Assembly: GCA_028534125.1 (NCBI GenBank)
Contig: CM052832.1
Coordinates: 17,610,001 to 17,674,000 of the forward strand
DNA from: Lama glama
Taxonomy: Eukaryota
Direction: 5' to 3'
DNA: 64,000 nucleotides
Made by a program: the position numbers and the translations under genes. Each line of letters starts with the position of its first letter. The stretch's first letter is position 1. The notes beneath the pieces were generated by a model. It saw only the letters and a program-made list of their open reading frames with translations, ran no database searches and had not been told where the DNA came from. Positions 39,691 through 52,418 of the stretch are shown piece after piece.

Positions 39691-40133
39691 CATTTTTATC
39701 TGCATCTTCCTGCATGTTTTCTGAGACTGTGTTCTCTTTGCATTATCCTGTGTCCTCGTGTTCCTTTCAGTGTGTACTTAATCAGACCAAAGGCTTCTAA
39801 CCAGTGACCAGGAGACCAAGGTTCTCGAGTTGGCATAATTGCTGCTAAGCCCTGTAACAGAGAAAAAACATTTCAAGTCTCAGCTTCAGGCTCTTCATTC
39901 TTTATAGAAGATATGGGAAAATCACCTACACATGAGCCAGTGATTATGAAAGTGACTTGAAAATGAATTATTTACAAATGTGTGGAAGGAAACCTGCATT
40001 TAATGAGGACATACCATGTGCCAGGCCCTGTGTTAGGTGATTTCATATACTGTGATCTTATTTGTTGGTCCCTAAAACCCTGCAAGTTGGAAATTATTAT
40101 CCTCATTTTTCAGATAAGAAAACGTAATTACTA

Positions 40134-40265
40134 GGGGGGAAGGTATAGCTCAGTGGTAGGGTGCATGCTTAGCATGCACAAGGTCATGGGTTCAATCCCC
40201 AGTACCTCCATTAAATTTAAAATAAATAAATAACTCCCCCAATTTTTTTTTTAATTTATATAAAA
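40134..40265 (+). mobile_element. tRNA-derived SINE (Vic-1-like)
   Basis: ggggaaggtatagctcagtggtagggtgcatgcttagcatgcacaaggtcatgggttcaatcccc; aagaaaac on both flanks. Confidence 0.9.
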
Positions 40266-40613
40266 AGAAAACATTTGTGTTCTCTGAGAACTTAGCATCA
40301 ATTCCCAAAGAGTTTTCATAAAAGCACAAATGTATATACTAAGGGAGCACAGAGTAATGCTTAAGTGAGCTCCCACCCTAGTATTGCTGCATATTAGCTG
40401 GGTGACCTCGGGCAATTGCTTAAATTCTGTGCCTCAGTTTCCCCATTTCAAAATTACAGATAATAATAGTACCAAACTCATAAGGTGGTTGTTATCTGCA
40501 TTAAAGTGAATTTATATTCATAAAGCTCTTAGAAATAGTGCCTGGGAAATAGAAAGTGCTAGCACATAGAAAGCATGATGTGTTTGATGAATAAATAAGT
40601 GAATGATTTCTAG

Positions 40614-40761
40614 GTCCCAGGTGGTGATCAGGGGCAAAAACTACTCTGTTGCAAGATGGCAGTGTTGACATCGGCTCAGAGATCACGAAATGCCCAGTTC
40701 CAGCCGATGAAGACACTGCTCAAGCATGAATCTCTGCTATCCCAGTCCTTACCAGACAGAG
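40614..40761 (+). CDS. ZKSCAN4: ZKSCAN4 coding exon 2 (148 nt)
   Basis: gatttctag|GTCCCA...GACAGAG|gtgagt; VPGGDQGQKLLCCKMAVLTSAQRSRNAQFQPMKTLLKHESLLSQSLPDR. Confidence 0.9.
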
Positions 40762-41588
40762 GTGAGTTATCTTCTGGGTAGTATGAATTCTTCAGACTTC
40801 ATCCAATTTCATTTAAGGATCACTTGAGAGACAGATCTGCTGATTGGTGTTTTACATGCCCGTCACAGGTCTATTCTTCTTTGAGACTGAGACTAACAGG
40901 GAAATTTCAAATAGTGGAAAGCTTTCCTAACCAAATCTGGACATAGTAAATAAGATTTCATTAAAATTGGTGTTTGGAAAGAATTGATTTTTTTTTAATC
41001 AATACAGTGATCTCCTTTCATTTAATATACATTTCTGAAGACCCCCCATGTGGTAGCCAGTGTCATGGGTACCAGGGATAGCACTGTCAGTAGGAGAGGA
41101 TTCTTTCTCCAGCAGAGCTTACATTCTAGTAAGAGGACAGCAAAGAAATTAATGATACAATTTCAGATATTGGGAAGTGCTATGAAGAATATAAGGCAGG
41201 ATATGTAAAGCCAGCCAGAATATTCCAGAGATTGTAGGACTTTGGCAAATTAGAGAGACCCATGGTCTGTAACTAGAACAGGGTGAAAATCACTCAACAG
41301 GAAACTACTGTTATGTTCCCCAGTGTTCCCCACGTGCTGTGAACATTTAGGCAGATTTCCAAGACACACAACACTGGGACATGCCAGCCAACATGAAATC
41401 TCTATTTCTCAACAGAGGTGCTAGTCTAACCTAACTTATTTTCTGCCCCTTGCAGAATTCTTTTACAGAAAACCCTGAAGTTCCCCTTTACTTCTCTCAA
41501 CTCTGAACAAATTCTATGTAAGCAGACTCCCATTTCCTCCTTTCTGGGCCTTATCTGATTCCTCTTAGTCTTTTAGGACTAAAGCAGA

Positions 41589-41926
41589 GGGAATTGCCAA
41601 GATGGCGGAGTAGAAGGACGCGCTGCTCACCTTCTCCCACAAATACAACAAAAACTACATCTACATATGGAATAATTCACACAAATACGTGCTGAACTTT
41701 GGCAGAATATCTTTTACATTGGAAATACAAGGAGAATCCTCACAAAACTGGATAAACAACAAATTTATACTGTATAGCATTATATTCAATATCTTGTAAC
41801 AACATATAGTGAAGAATATGAAAATGAATCTATGTATGTACATGTGTGAAACATTATGCTGTACACCAGAAATTGACACATTGTAAACTGACTATACTTC
41901 AACTAAAAAAACAAAAACAAACTAAA
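41589..41926 (+). mobile_element. Short bipartite L1 element (5' end plus 3' end), possibly a retrotransposed spliced L1
   Basis: Starts gccaagatggcggagtagaaggacg (YY1 motif, L1 5' UTR), joins at 41751/41752 to the L1 3' terminus and A tail; TSD actaaagcaga / actaaaacaga. Confidence 0.8.
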
Positions 41927-42281
41927 ACTAAAACAGAAAGCACCCTGAGAGCTACTAAAGAGATTTTAACAACAAAAATCCTCTTATCCCCTCTCTCAGA
42001 AGAATTCAAAAGACTCTTCAGATGGAATGCCTTGTTTTGCTTTCATGTTGCTTCTATTTCTTACCAAGGATCCTGCCCATGGGTCTTGTGCATCCGTAGA
42101 GTGCACCACATCTTCTTAGGCCCTAGGATTTGAGCTGGCAGGGATCAGGAATTTTGGAAAGGTGCCCACTCTGTTATGAACTTCTTTATGGGAATTTATG
42201 CAGTTTTTGAACTTAGAGTTCACAGGGCAGGGAGGCTGAATGCCACAGTGGATCTCAGCCAGAGCTTTCTTTCCTTCTTAG

Positions 42282-42364
42282 TTCTCCAGGTTCCAGGACT
42301 TGCCCTGGGACGGCGCTGCAGAGAAGAGGCCGTGATTGCTGCCAGGCTCGCCCTGGAGTCCCAG
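42282..42364 (+). CDS. ZKSCAN4: ZKSCAN4 coding exon 3 (83 nt)
   Basis: ttccttcttag|TTCTCC...TCCCAG|gtgagc; (V)LQVPGLALGRRCREEAVIAARLALESQ. Confidence 0.9.
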
Positions 42365-43340
42365 GTGAGCTGGAGTCCCTCTCCCTCGCCCCTCACTTAG
42401 CACCTTTCACTACTGATGGGCTTCCCATTAGAACCCTGTCTCGCCATTCCCCCTCCATCTTCATCCTATGTCCATGTGGAGTTGGAGTTTTCTCATCTAC
42501 TCCGAAGTCACTTATCATCATCTGTCTTTATCTTGGTGTCCACTGAAGAGGATTTTCCTGTTTCACTCCTAGCTTCTGGGCTGGCTCTGCTTCCCCGATC
42601 TTCCTACCCCATCTCTTTGGTCAGCTCCTTCATCAATGAGATGTTCTTCAACAAAGGAAATTCGGCAAATACAAACTAAGCATTTTATTGTGATGGTGAT
42701 TTCGTTTTGTTTTTTTTAAGTATCATAAACTCTGCTGCTAGTGAGGGGTATAAAAACATGCCCTTTGCCCTCCATGAACTTCAACTTGAAGGAACAGATA
42801 AAGCATATCCTTTAAGTTAGTTATTAGGTTAATATTACAATCTGACCAATCTTTACTTAACTTGGATTTTAATTTCTTACCCAGTCTTTCATGTCCTGCT
42901 TGAAGATCTGTTTTTAGACTCTGTAGGATCTGTTTTCCCTGGTTTTTCTCACAGCAGACCTAGATTTCATTGTATTCTTTACATCATTAATATAAATGAG
43001 CCCCCAACCCCACTTTGCCAAAGCACACCACACATATTTTGAAAAGTCTGGATATGTTCCACTCCTTTCACTGCATTGGCCCTTGTTCTTCAGACTTTTT
43101 CACTTTCTGGACAGTTTAGATGTTTATGTGAAAGTACTTATCATAATGTGTATAGTATTTCTTTCCTTTAATGGTCACTTTTTGACACTATTATTAGAGC
43201 TAGGGTTAAGAAGACATAAGTGTATCTATCTGCTCTTTTGTAAAGAACCCCTGTCAAAGGGATGTTCCTTCATTGCATATACCCAGCTTTGGAAGTGGTT
43301 TTGGGTAAGAGGAATTAGGTGGGATTACCTGTCATTTCAG

Positions 43341-43461
43341 GGGCCTCTGAAAATGGAAGAGGTGGCCCCGACTCTCACTCCTGGATGGACACAGCTGGAT
43401 TCGTCTCAGGTGAACTACAGAGATGAAAGGCAGGAGAACTGGGGCCGCCTGATCTCCCTGG
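43341..43461 (+). CDS. ZKSCAN4: ZKSCAN4 coding exon 4 (121 nt), degenerate KRAB-A
   Basis: catttcag|GGGCCT...TCCCTGG|gtaaga; GPLKMEEVAPTLTPGWTQLDSSQVNYRDERQENWGRLISL. Confidence 0.9.
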
Positions 43462-44440
43462 GTAAGACTGATGGGCACAGATTTCTCATGAGGTTTCTTG
43501 GCTTCCTTTGTGTATTAGAACCTATGAGGCTGTTAGAAGCTGTTTGAATTGTGTTTGGAATTAGAACCACCATTTCTGAATCCCAACTACTAACCAGCTA
43601 TGTGACTAGTCTATTAAGCCTCCTGAGCCTTGCTTTTTCATCTGTGCTGCCAGTGTTCTGGTCGGTTTAAATGGAATGAAGGTGGTATCACCAGCTCATA
43701 GTAGAGGCTCAGTAAAAGCCGATTCCTGCCCCTCCCCTTCCCGGGGCTAGCCCTGACAGAGGAGGAGAGCCGAGGGGTCTCTTCTGGAAATGGGCCATGG
43801 AACCAGAGAGTGCAAGAGCTAGAAGTGACCTGAGACGGACTGTGGAGCGTGGCCTTAGAGACGAGCTGCAGAGACACACAGATGCCTGACCTGTCTGAGT
43901 CCACAGAGCTCACTGGCGGCACGGTGGGGGCTCTGACTCAGATCTCCCAGCACTGATGCCAGTTTTATTTATGGGCACAGCCAGGGATGATTGCACCTTT
44001 CATTGGTCACTGACTAATTTCGGAGTTCCTACTTTCCCTGTTTCTCACAGAACATTTCAGAAATCCTTCCACGTGCCTTGTCTACTGTCGCCTTCTGTAG
44101 AGCCCTGTTAATATCTAATCCTAAGCATATGACCCTGCCTTACTGGACTTAGAGCTCAGAGCCTCTGCGCATGTCCCCAGTCCTTAGTCCTTGCCACCTT
44201 CCCTCAAGTCCCTCCGATCCCAGTTTGTACCCTCCTCCTAATGGCTCCATTCTCCCTCTAAAGTCTCCCTCCTCCTCAGGACCCCTGTGGTCCCCGTTTA
44301 TTCTTATCTGTATTGTAATACTTAAATCCTCATCCTTGGCATGTATAGACCTCTGTATGTGTTGTGTCCCTGGGACTTATCACAAAGCTGTCCTCTGTGG
44401 CAGGGCGTAATTGACAGTTGCTGGCCACTTGTTGTTTCAG

Positions 44441-45306
44441 GTGGTGAAATGCAGACCAAGGTCAGGGACCTGCCTGCGGATGAGGAACATCCAGAGCAGG
44501 AGCATGGGCAGACACCCTGCCACCTGGGGGAAGCCATCAGCCAGATTCCTGCACACGCGGAAGCTGGTGAACAGGAGGGCAGGTTACAAAGAAAGCAGAA
44601 AAGTGCCACAGGGAATCGGCGGCACTACTGTCACGAATGTGGAAAGAGTTTTGCTCAGAGTTCGGGCCTGACAAAGCACAGAAGAATCCACACCGGAGAG
44701 AAACCTTATGAGTGTGAAGACTGTGGCAAGACCTTTATCGGGAGCTCTGCCCTCGTCATTCATCAGAGAGTCCACACGGGTGAGAAGCCCTATGAGTGTG
44801 AAGAATGTGGCAAGGTCTTCAGTCACAGTTCGAACCTCATCAAACACCAGAGAACTCACACTGGGGAGAAGCCCTACGAGTGTGATGACTGTGGGAAAAC
44901 CTTCAGCCAGAGCTGCAGCCTCCTTGAACATCACAAAATCCACACCGGGGAGAAGCCATACCAGTGCAACACATGTGGCAAAGCCTTTCGGCGGAATTCA
45001 CATCTCCTGAGACATCAGAGGATCCACAACGATAAAAGTGTTCAGAATCCTGACCACGGAGAGACCTGGGAGAGTCAGGGTAGGATGGAGAGCTCGTGGG
45101 AGAATGCTGAGGCTCCTTCCGTGTCTTATAAGTGTAATGAGTGTGAGAGAATTTTCACAAGGAATAGAAGCCTTATTGAGCATCAGAAAATCCACACTGG
45201 TGAGAAGCCCTATCAGTGTGACGCATGTGGAAAAGGCTTCACCCGAACTTCATACCTTGTTCAACATCAGAGAAGCCACGTGGGGAAGAAAATTCTATCA
45301 CCATGA
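44441..45306 (+). CDS. ZKSCAN4: ZKSCAN4 last exon, 7 C2H2 fingers (5+2)
   Basis: gttgtttcag|[45 protein letters not shown] and TRTSYLVQH fit recalled ZKSCAN4 better than its paralog ZKSCAN3; position next to NKAPL agrees. Confidence 0.93.
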
Positions 45307-48300
45307 CACACGTCTTAGGTGCCAGAGTTGGTGCTCATTCTGCGTTGAACTGAAGCCACCCTGGAGCCCCTGCTGAATGGAAAATTATGGGCTGGGCTTT
45401 ATCTACCACTGCACATCGTCAGGTGCTTGTTAGAAAATATACAGTTTGGCTGAGATGAATTATCTTCTACATTCCAGAAAAAACAAAAAAACTTGTTTGA
45501 TAGGAGGCTATGGGAGAGTTGTCTGGAAGAGGTAGGACCTGAAATGGTTCCCACCTTTTGGACTTAAATGGGCTTCCAGACTAGAGAATCACCCTCGGCC
45601 AGCACTCGATGACGTCCCCTGAGTGGAGGGCTCTGATTTGGGGGACTGCTGCTGTGACTATTCCTATTGCCTGTGATGACTCCCTCACCAGTTGTTCGGA
45701 TCGATGATGTTTTATACCCTGCATTGTGCCTTGCATATAGGTGCTCTAAACATTTATTAAATATACCAGTAAAATGACCTTCATAGCTCTGAAAAATTAA
45801 TGTTGCCTGCATTCCTGAGGATTTTCTAAGGCGATTTTGTTTGTGTCTAAGTCTCTGAGGTTCTAGATTCTGGGTCAATCTAGTATATTTATTGCCAAGT
45901 ACATAAGATTGTCAGAGTTGGGGTGGAAGAATCCATATTTCTTCACCAGCATAGTAGTTAGAGTAAGAATGCCTTAAATAGTTTCTTTATCATTAAGACA
46001 TTGTGAGACTGCTCCATCCATACAACTCCATTCTGCAGTCAACATTAACTACATTAGTTCAAGTTAACGTGCTGCTGTTTAGGGGGAAACCTTTCACATT
46101 CAGGTAAATAAAAATCAATTTATCAAGTCAGATGAAAATGATTATGCATCTTGATAGAAATTCTAGGATGCTCAACAGACGTTTCTCACTCTTCAGTTAT
46201 CTCGGGCCTAAGCAAGTGCCAAGACACCACCCACCTTCCTCTCTCCCAGCTCAGAGCCAACTGTGCATCGAGGATTATGCCAGCTAAGCTTAAATTTCCT
46301 CCAGGTCAGAGGAGTCACACTAAATATTTATAACAAGTAGTATTCATGTTTTCAAAACTGCCCTGTGGCTGGGGACAGCAAGATTGGGTCAGAGGCAGCC
46401 AGTGACGCTACAGACTCAAATACAGGCGATAAAAGAAAAGAAAGCCTTTCAGAAGCACCTTGGGAATCCTGGGGATCTGATCAAACTGATTCCACAACAT
46501 TCGAAGAATCAACATGTGAAGGCAAGACTCTCAAAAGAATTTCATGATAGCTCCTGTTTTCACCCTGATCACCTTCTAAGTTCTTCAAAAACAGACCTCC
46601 TTCCTCTGTGCCCGAGTTCATATCGCCAGCTTCTGGCTTTACTGGGCGGTGTCAAGAATGTATTCTGCTTCTGACGAAGTCAGTGACCACATTGAGTTCA
46701 CTCACCAGCATAGCGTCTCTTCTGTTCTCAAGTTCCCTCTGGATTCCTGCTCTGATGTACCCTAGGCTGACTAAGGACTTTGCAAACCATAGGGCTCTCC
46801 CTTTATCACTTCCCTGCAATCTTTCCTTGCCTTCGTTAGCCCCTCATTGCAGTCTAATCTGAGACTTTAGCTTCCCAAAAATCCTGTAGACGTTCCCCAC
46901 TGAATGTTTTCTAGCCTTTTAAAATTTCCTTTTAAGTTAACCGTATTTTTGTTAGCTCCACAAAGCTAGCAATTTCCTTTTCTCTCCTATCTTTATTTTT
47001 CCTAAATATTTGCTAATAGCTCTGATCTTAAACACTGTTCATTTTTCTTTGGTATTTAATTGTTTCTTCTGTCATATGAAGAGATATATATGAAAGCCTT
47101 TTACAAACCAGAGAGCATTATACACTTAATAACTATAACTTAGTGAGATTAACAAAGGACCACCATGCCTCCTTTCAATCTTTTTGCTCTTCCCGAACCT
47201 AAAAGACTTCTCCATTGAGGAGAGAAAAATTATAGAGAAATACTTCTGAGTGCCAACTTGGCCTGACAGTGAAAGGAACAAAGCAGATACACACACACAC
47301 ACACACACACTTGGGCTTAGGCTTCTAGCGTAATAACATTGATAAGATCTGCACATGAACATAAGTGAGTGGTAAACTTAATGCTGTGGAAGTTCAGTGG
47401 AGGGGACTGACTTCTGTGGAGTCCAGCTGTGTGCTGTCCTTATTACATGGACAGGGTGACATGTTAGCTGAAAAGACTAAAGGAGTTTGTCAAATTTAGA
47501 GAATGAGGCAACCCTGAAGAGGTAGGTATATGGTAGGGGCCTTCAGTACCAGAGCAAGGAGCTCAAATTTTATTCAGTAACACTAGGGAGCCAGTGACAT
47601 TTTATGATGATTTTATGATTAAAAAAAATTAGGAAACTATCTGGCAGTACTGTGTAGTTTCAGGTAAAATAAGTTACTTTGTTACTAGGCTTTTAGACAC
47701 CCTGATTTTGTATAAAACAAAGGTATGTTTATAAGTAAGTGAATTATAAAATGGGTTTAACTCTAGTCTATTTAAAAGGATGGCCAAAAAAACTTTTAGA
47801 TGAAATTAGGCCCAGTAAAATCTGCTGCTTAGCTGACATATAAGCAGTACATAAAGTGGAATAAAATGCTACTTTTCATGCGCTGAAAAGTTATTCTTAG
47901 GAACTTTAACATCAATTAGTTAGCCATTGTATTTCGTTTCTCCAACTAAAGTAATGCAGAAATTCTCCATTTTCTTTTTTCTCCCTTTTCGTGAATAGCT
48001 GGTTATAGCATATTTTTTTCTACTTGGGTAGAATGAATAGTTATCATGAAAAGAGTTTTTGATGACAAGCCCTCCTAGATGTGTTCCTAATTTTGGTAAA
48101 GTTGTGTATAATCCTGCAACCTATTTCTCTGCCTTCTCCTTTAGTAAAAAAAAAAGTTGGCATGTCAACTTACCTCCCAGAGTTGTGAGGATCTGCTCAT
48201 CCAAATGAGAAGTGCTGGGTAAATAATCTGCAAATGTTAATATTGATAGAGAAATGGAGATTAAACACTTCTTTAGCCAAAACCTCTATATATTGGAATG

Positions 48301-48809
48301 ACAATTGTTTAATATAAAGCCTCTCTGAAAAAAGTGCCCTGACACAAGTGTATCACAGTGTTGATCTCTTAATGGTGTCCCCAAATAGCTCAAATATCCA
48401 ATTACCAAAATATCTCAAATATCCATCTCAATTATTCATAATGAGAACTTTAACCACTCATTAAAATTATCTACTTTTCTCTAACCACCCTTTTTAGTCT
48501 ATCTTTTGATTTTCCTCATGGTAGTTAAAATTGGGTCTGATGGATTCAGATGAGGAAACTCTCTTCCAGTCATCTTTGTAGATATAGTGTCTATTTGGCA
48601 TGTTTCAGATGGAGTTGCTACCACAGGAATATTTGGGCATGACTACTTTCCTGTGAACTTTTTTGTTGACATACCACTTTTTTGTAGAAACATAATTTTA
48701 TGTCTGCATCTACTCACATTTCTCACTTCGTTGATGTCATAGCAATGCCTCTCAATTTACCACATCAACCTAAGACCTTGGAATTTGAACACAGCAAGAC
48801 TTCTCGTCT

Positions 48810-49309
48810 NNNNNNNNNNNNNNNNNNNNNNNNNNNNNNNNNNNNNNNNNNNNNNNNNNNNNNNNNNNNNNNNNNNNNNNNNNNNNNNNNNNNNNNNNNN
48901 NNNNNNNNNNNNNNNNNNNNNNNNNNNNNNNNNNNNNNNNNNNNNNNNNNNNNNNNNNNNNNNNNNNNNNNNNNNNNNNNNNNNNNNNNNNNNNNNNNNN
49001 NNNNNNNNNNNNNNNNNNNNNNNNNNNNNNNNNNNNNNNNNNNNNNNNNNNNNNNNNNNNNNNNNNNNNNNNNNNNNNNNNNNNNNNNNNNNNNNNNNNN
49101 NNNNNNNNNNNNNNNNNNNNNNNNNNNNNNNNNNNNNNNNNNNNNNNNNNNNNNNNNNNNNNNNNNNNNNNNNNNNNNNNNNNNNNNNNNNNNNNNNNNN
49201 NNNNNNNNNNNNNNNNNNNNNNNNNNNNNNNNNNNNNNNNNNNNNNNNNNNNNNNNNNNNNNNNNNNNNNNNNNNNNNNNNNNNNNNNNNNNNNNNNNNN
49301 NNNNNNNNN
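48810..49309. other. Assembly gap (500 N)
   Basis: Run of N; the 102 bp on either side are identical. Confidence 0.99.
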
Positions 49310-49984
49310 ATCTACTCACATTTCTCACTTCGTTGATGTCATAGCAATGCCTCTCAATTTACCACATCAACCTAAGACCTTGGAATTTGAACACAGCAAG
49401 ACTTCTCGTCTGCTTTCCCAATTCATGGCTGAACACCATGATCTGTTCCTGCCTGTTCTATGTATTTTGTCTATTAGGAAATTGGGTTGTCATTCCAAAT
49501 CCTATGCATACCTTTCCAAATCCCCATTGTTATTCCAATTTCTGAGGTACTTCAAGATTTTCAAAAGTCTAGGGAAAAAAATCTGAACGGTGCTAATGTA
49601 ACTTATTTGTATAAAAGTAATAAACTATCTAGTTATTCTTTTTGTCTGAGTGAATTCTTAAACAGGTAACACGTTGCATAATTTCTAAGCTGTCAGAAAA
49701 TAACTATAGTTTTGAGTATTTATTATTAAAGTGTTAGAACTTTCAACCATTTCTCCCCTCGACTCCCCAACCAGTTCTATCCATCGGTGTTGGGGGCCTA
49801 GCAGGTGAAATCTGCAGCTCCCAGACCTGCTGGAGCAGCGGGTATGGAAGGGTTGGCGGAAGGGTTGGCGTGGGGCTGAGACACGGAAGATAAATGTCTG
49901 GCTCACCAGAGTATCCATCCGCACCCAGCAGAGTTCCTGTGAAATGAGTGAGTCTTGAAACTGATTAATCCAACTTGTTCTTTT

Positions 49985-50575
49985 GTGAAATAAAACTCAT
50001 ATTTTATGGCAAGACAAGAAACATTTAAACATCAAAAATGTTCTCTGCCCTCTGACCTCCTCTCTCCCCTCTCCTATGCATTGTGTTTCTGCAGTGTGCA
50101 TGGACCAAACCTCCCCAAATGGCAGAAATACCTGCTCAGCCATAAAGAGCAACATTCTTCTAACACCAACAAGAAACCTAAAGATAACATTCCTCAGGGA
50201 GGGTGGTGGTAAAGCTCCTGCTTAGCATGCAGAAGGTCCTGCGTTCAATTCCCAGTACCTCCATTAAAAAAGATAAGTAAATAGATCTAATTACCTCCCC
50301 ACCCCCCCAGCAACAACAACAATAAAAGATAACATGAATTTCTTAATCTTATAACGGGCCACTGTGACCCATGACCCACTACTCACTGGACTGTATAAAC
50401 AGTCAGTAATATGTCATTTAATGTATAGCCCTCTATCTCAAAAAACATGTAACTGTACTTCAACCGCAAATGGGTAGAACAGTTCTTGGAGCTCTCTGAG
50501 AGGCTGTTCTGGGTTATAATCCTCAGTTTGGCTCGAATAAAAATTTCCATTTCTTTCTTAGGTCAGCTGATTAAG
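49985..50575 (+). mobile_element. Probable ERV1-class solo LTR with a nested SINE
   Basis: 3' part tctctgagaggctgttctgggttataatcctcagtttggctcgAATAAA is LTR R/U5-like; boundaries approximate. Confidence 0.55.
50197..50325 (+). mobile_element. tRNA-derived SINE (degenerate)
   Basis: tgcttagcatgcagaaggtcctgcgttcaattcccagtacctcc; aaagataacat repeated on both sides. Confidence 0.8.
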
Positions 50576-51798
50576 GCTCAACCCTCAAGTCTGTTTTATC
50601 CCAAGAAGAGGGTATTCCTTTTCCCCATGAGGAAACTTCCTTGGGGAAGAGCGTCCTCTGGGGGCAGAACACTCAAGACTGCATCACTCTTCTTCGAGCT
50701 GCTGCTAACACATTTTCTCACTCATTTTTGAAACTCTAGGAAAATTTCCCCAACAATCTATACAGGAAGGGAAAATTTTCTCCACACCTAAGCCAAGCAA
50801 CAGAAGGGAAAGATTCAGGAGATTTAAGATGGTAGTTTTTAAAGCATCTTATCTGGATAGTGATCCAATTCTCTGATGTCTTGTACTCAGGATACAGATG
50901 ACTTTTTGTAACACTGAAGATGTGATGGGAAAGCACTAAGGGAACTTCAGGTGGCTAAGCTTAAACGAGGAAATCTGAGAATCCTAGTGTGACGTCTGCC
51001 ATTGTAAACAATTGGGATTCGGTGTCAAAAGCCAAGAGTTCAACTAAAAAGACCTGATATAAAGTGTTAACGTTAGGGGAAGCTGGGTGAAGGACATAAA
51101 AGAAATCTATCTACCTTTGCAACTTTTTTGAGTCTAAAATTATTTCAGAATTTAAAGTTTACTAAAAATAAAAGTCCAGGGTTTCAGCCTTGGCTCTGAG
51201 GCTTGGATTTTCTGAATCTACAATTCCTCTTCTTTAAAATGGGATCATGATAATGCTCATGTCCCTGCGCAGTTGTTGCGATGAGCAACTGGGGTTAAGT
51301 CAATGGAAGCACTCGGTGAACAGCGAAGGCCCCAGCCAATGCTGGTCGCTATTCCAGGGGAGCATCATGTAGGTGCCAGAGGGAAGCAGTAGGCAGAAAA
51401 ACTCTTTACCAGGCAGGGACTGGGCACAGGGAACACCAACGACCCATTTATTATAAAACACCCACAGAGCTCTATGTGATCGTTAGGAATTAAACACAGC
51501 TACAGATCTTTTAGGCATATTGGCTGTAGCAGCGCCATTAATTACATTACCAGGAAAGTGTAGCAGCCATCTCAAAGAGAAAAAAATAAGAGGGGTGGGG
51601 GTGGTCAGAATCAGGAAGGGGTGAAGGAACCAGAAGGGAAAGAAAGCAGCAGCTTCAAAAAGTCAAACCTTCCTATTTGGATGTCCCTGGACCAAAACAC
51701 ACTCAGCAGACTCAGGAAGAAGGGCAGCCTGCAGTCTTGACCTTGACCTACCCCACACGACCTGGCTAGTGATGAGGAAAACCTGCAGGCAGCGAGGA

Positions 51799-52418
51799 CT
51801 AGACCAGCGCCGTCACCACGTGGATCTTCTGATGGCGGATGAGGTTGCAGTGGCGATTGAAGCTTTTCCCGCATCCGCTGCAGCGGTGAGGTCGCTCCCC
51901 AGTGTGGCTCCTCTGATGCTCCGTGAGAAAGGAACGCCGGCTGTAGCTCTTGCCACACTGGCTGCACTGGTAGGGCTTTTCTCCCTTGTGGATTCTCTGA
52001 TGCTGGATGAGACCCGCACTCTGGCTGAAGGCCTTCCCACACTCCTGACAGTGGTACTGTTTCTGTACATTGTGGATTCCTCGGTGATTGAAGAGACCTG
52101 AACTCCGACTGAAGGTTTTCCCGCACTCGTTGCATTCATAGGGTCTTTCTCCGGTGTGAACTCTTTGATGTCGAAGGAGACCTGAGCTCTGGGCAAAGCT
52201 CTTCCCACATTCATCACATTTGTGTGATCCATCTCCTCCTCCTGGGGTTCCCCAGTGCCTCTTGAGCCCACCCTTTAGTTTACCAACTTCCCCAGGTAGG
52301 GGATACTGGTGTGATACCTCCCAGGTCTGTCCGAAGGATAGTGTCCCCTGTGGTTCTGCTCTCTTAGGACAGTCTTCTCTCAGCCCCAACTCTCTGTCCT
52401 CAGTCGTGGTCATTCCAG
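51799..52418 (-). CDS. ZSCAN9: ZSCAN9 last exon, 5 C2H2 fingers
   Basis: ttctgtttcag|CTGGAATG; fingers SRSSGLFNHRGIH, SQSAGLIQHQRIHKGE, SRRSFL and NRHCNLIRHQKIH match recalled ZSCAN9 (ZNF193). Confidence 0.95.

Noticed and set aside
40134..40210. tRNA-Ala-like sequences (also 12089, 16601, 22773, 50197, 58812)
   Set aside because: They have mismatched stems, a shared non-tRNA tail, A-rich ends and in several cases TSDs, so they are SINEs rather than tRNA genes.
38714..45306. Calling this gene ZKSCAN3
   Set aside because: Finger residues and position between NKAPL and ZSCAN9 fit ZKSCAN4 better.
46365..46674. Short ORFs downstream of ZKSCAN4
   Set aside because: Non-ATG starts, no recognisable homology and no clear splice structure.
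48700..49344. ORFs spanning the N run
   Set aside because: Produced by the assembly gap.
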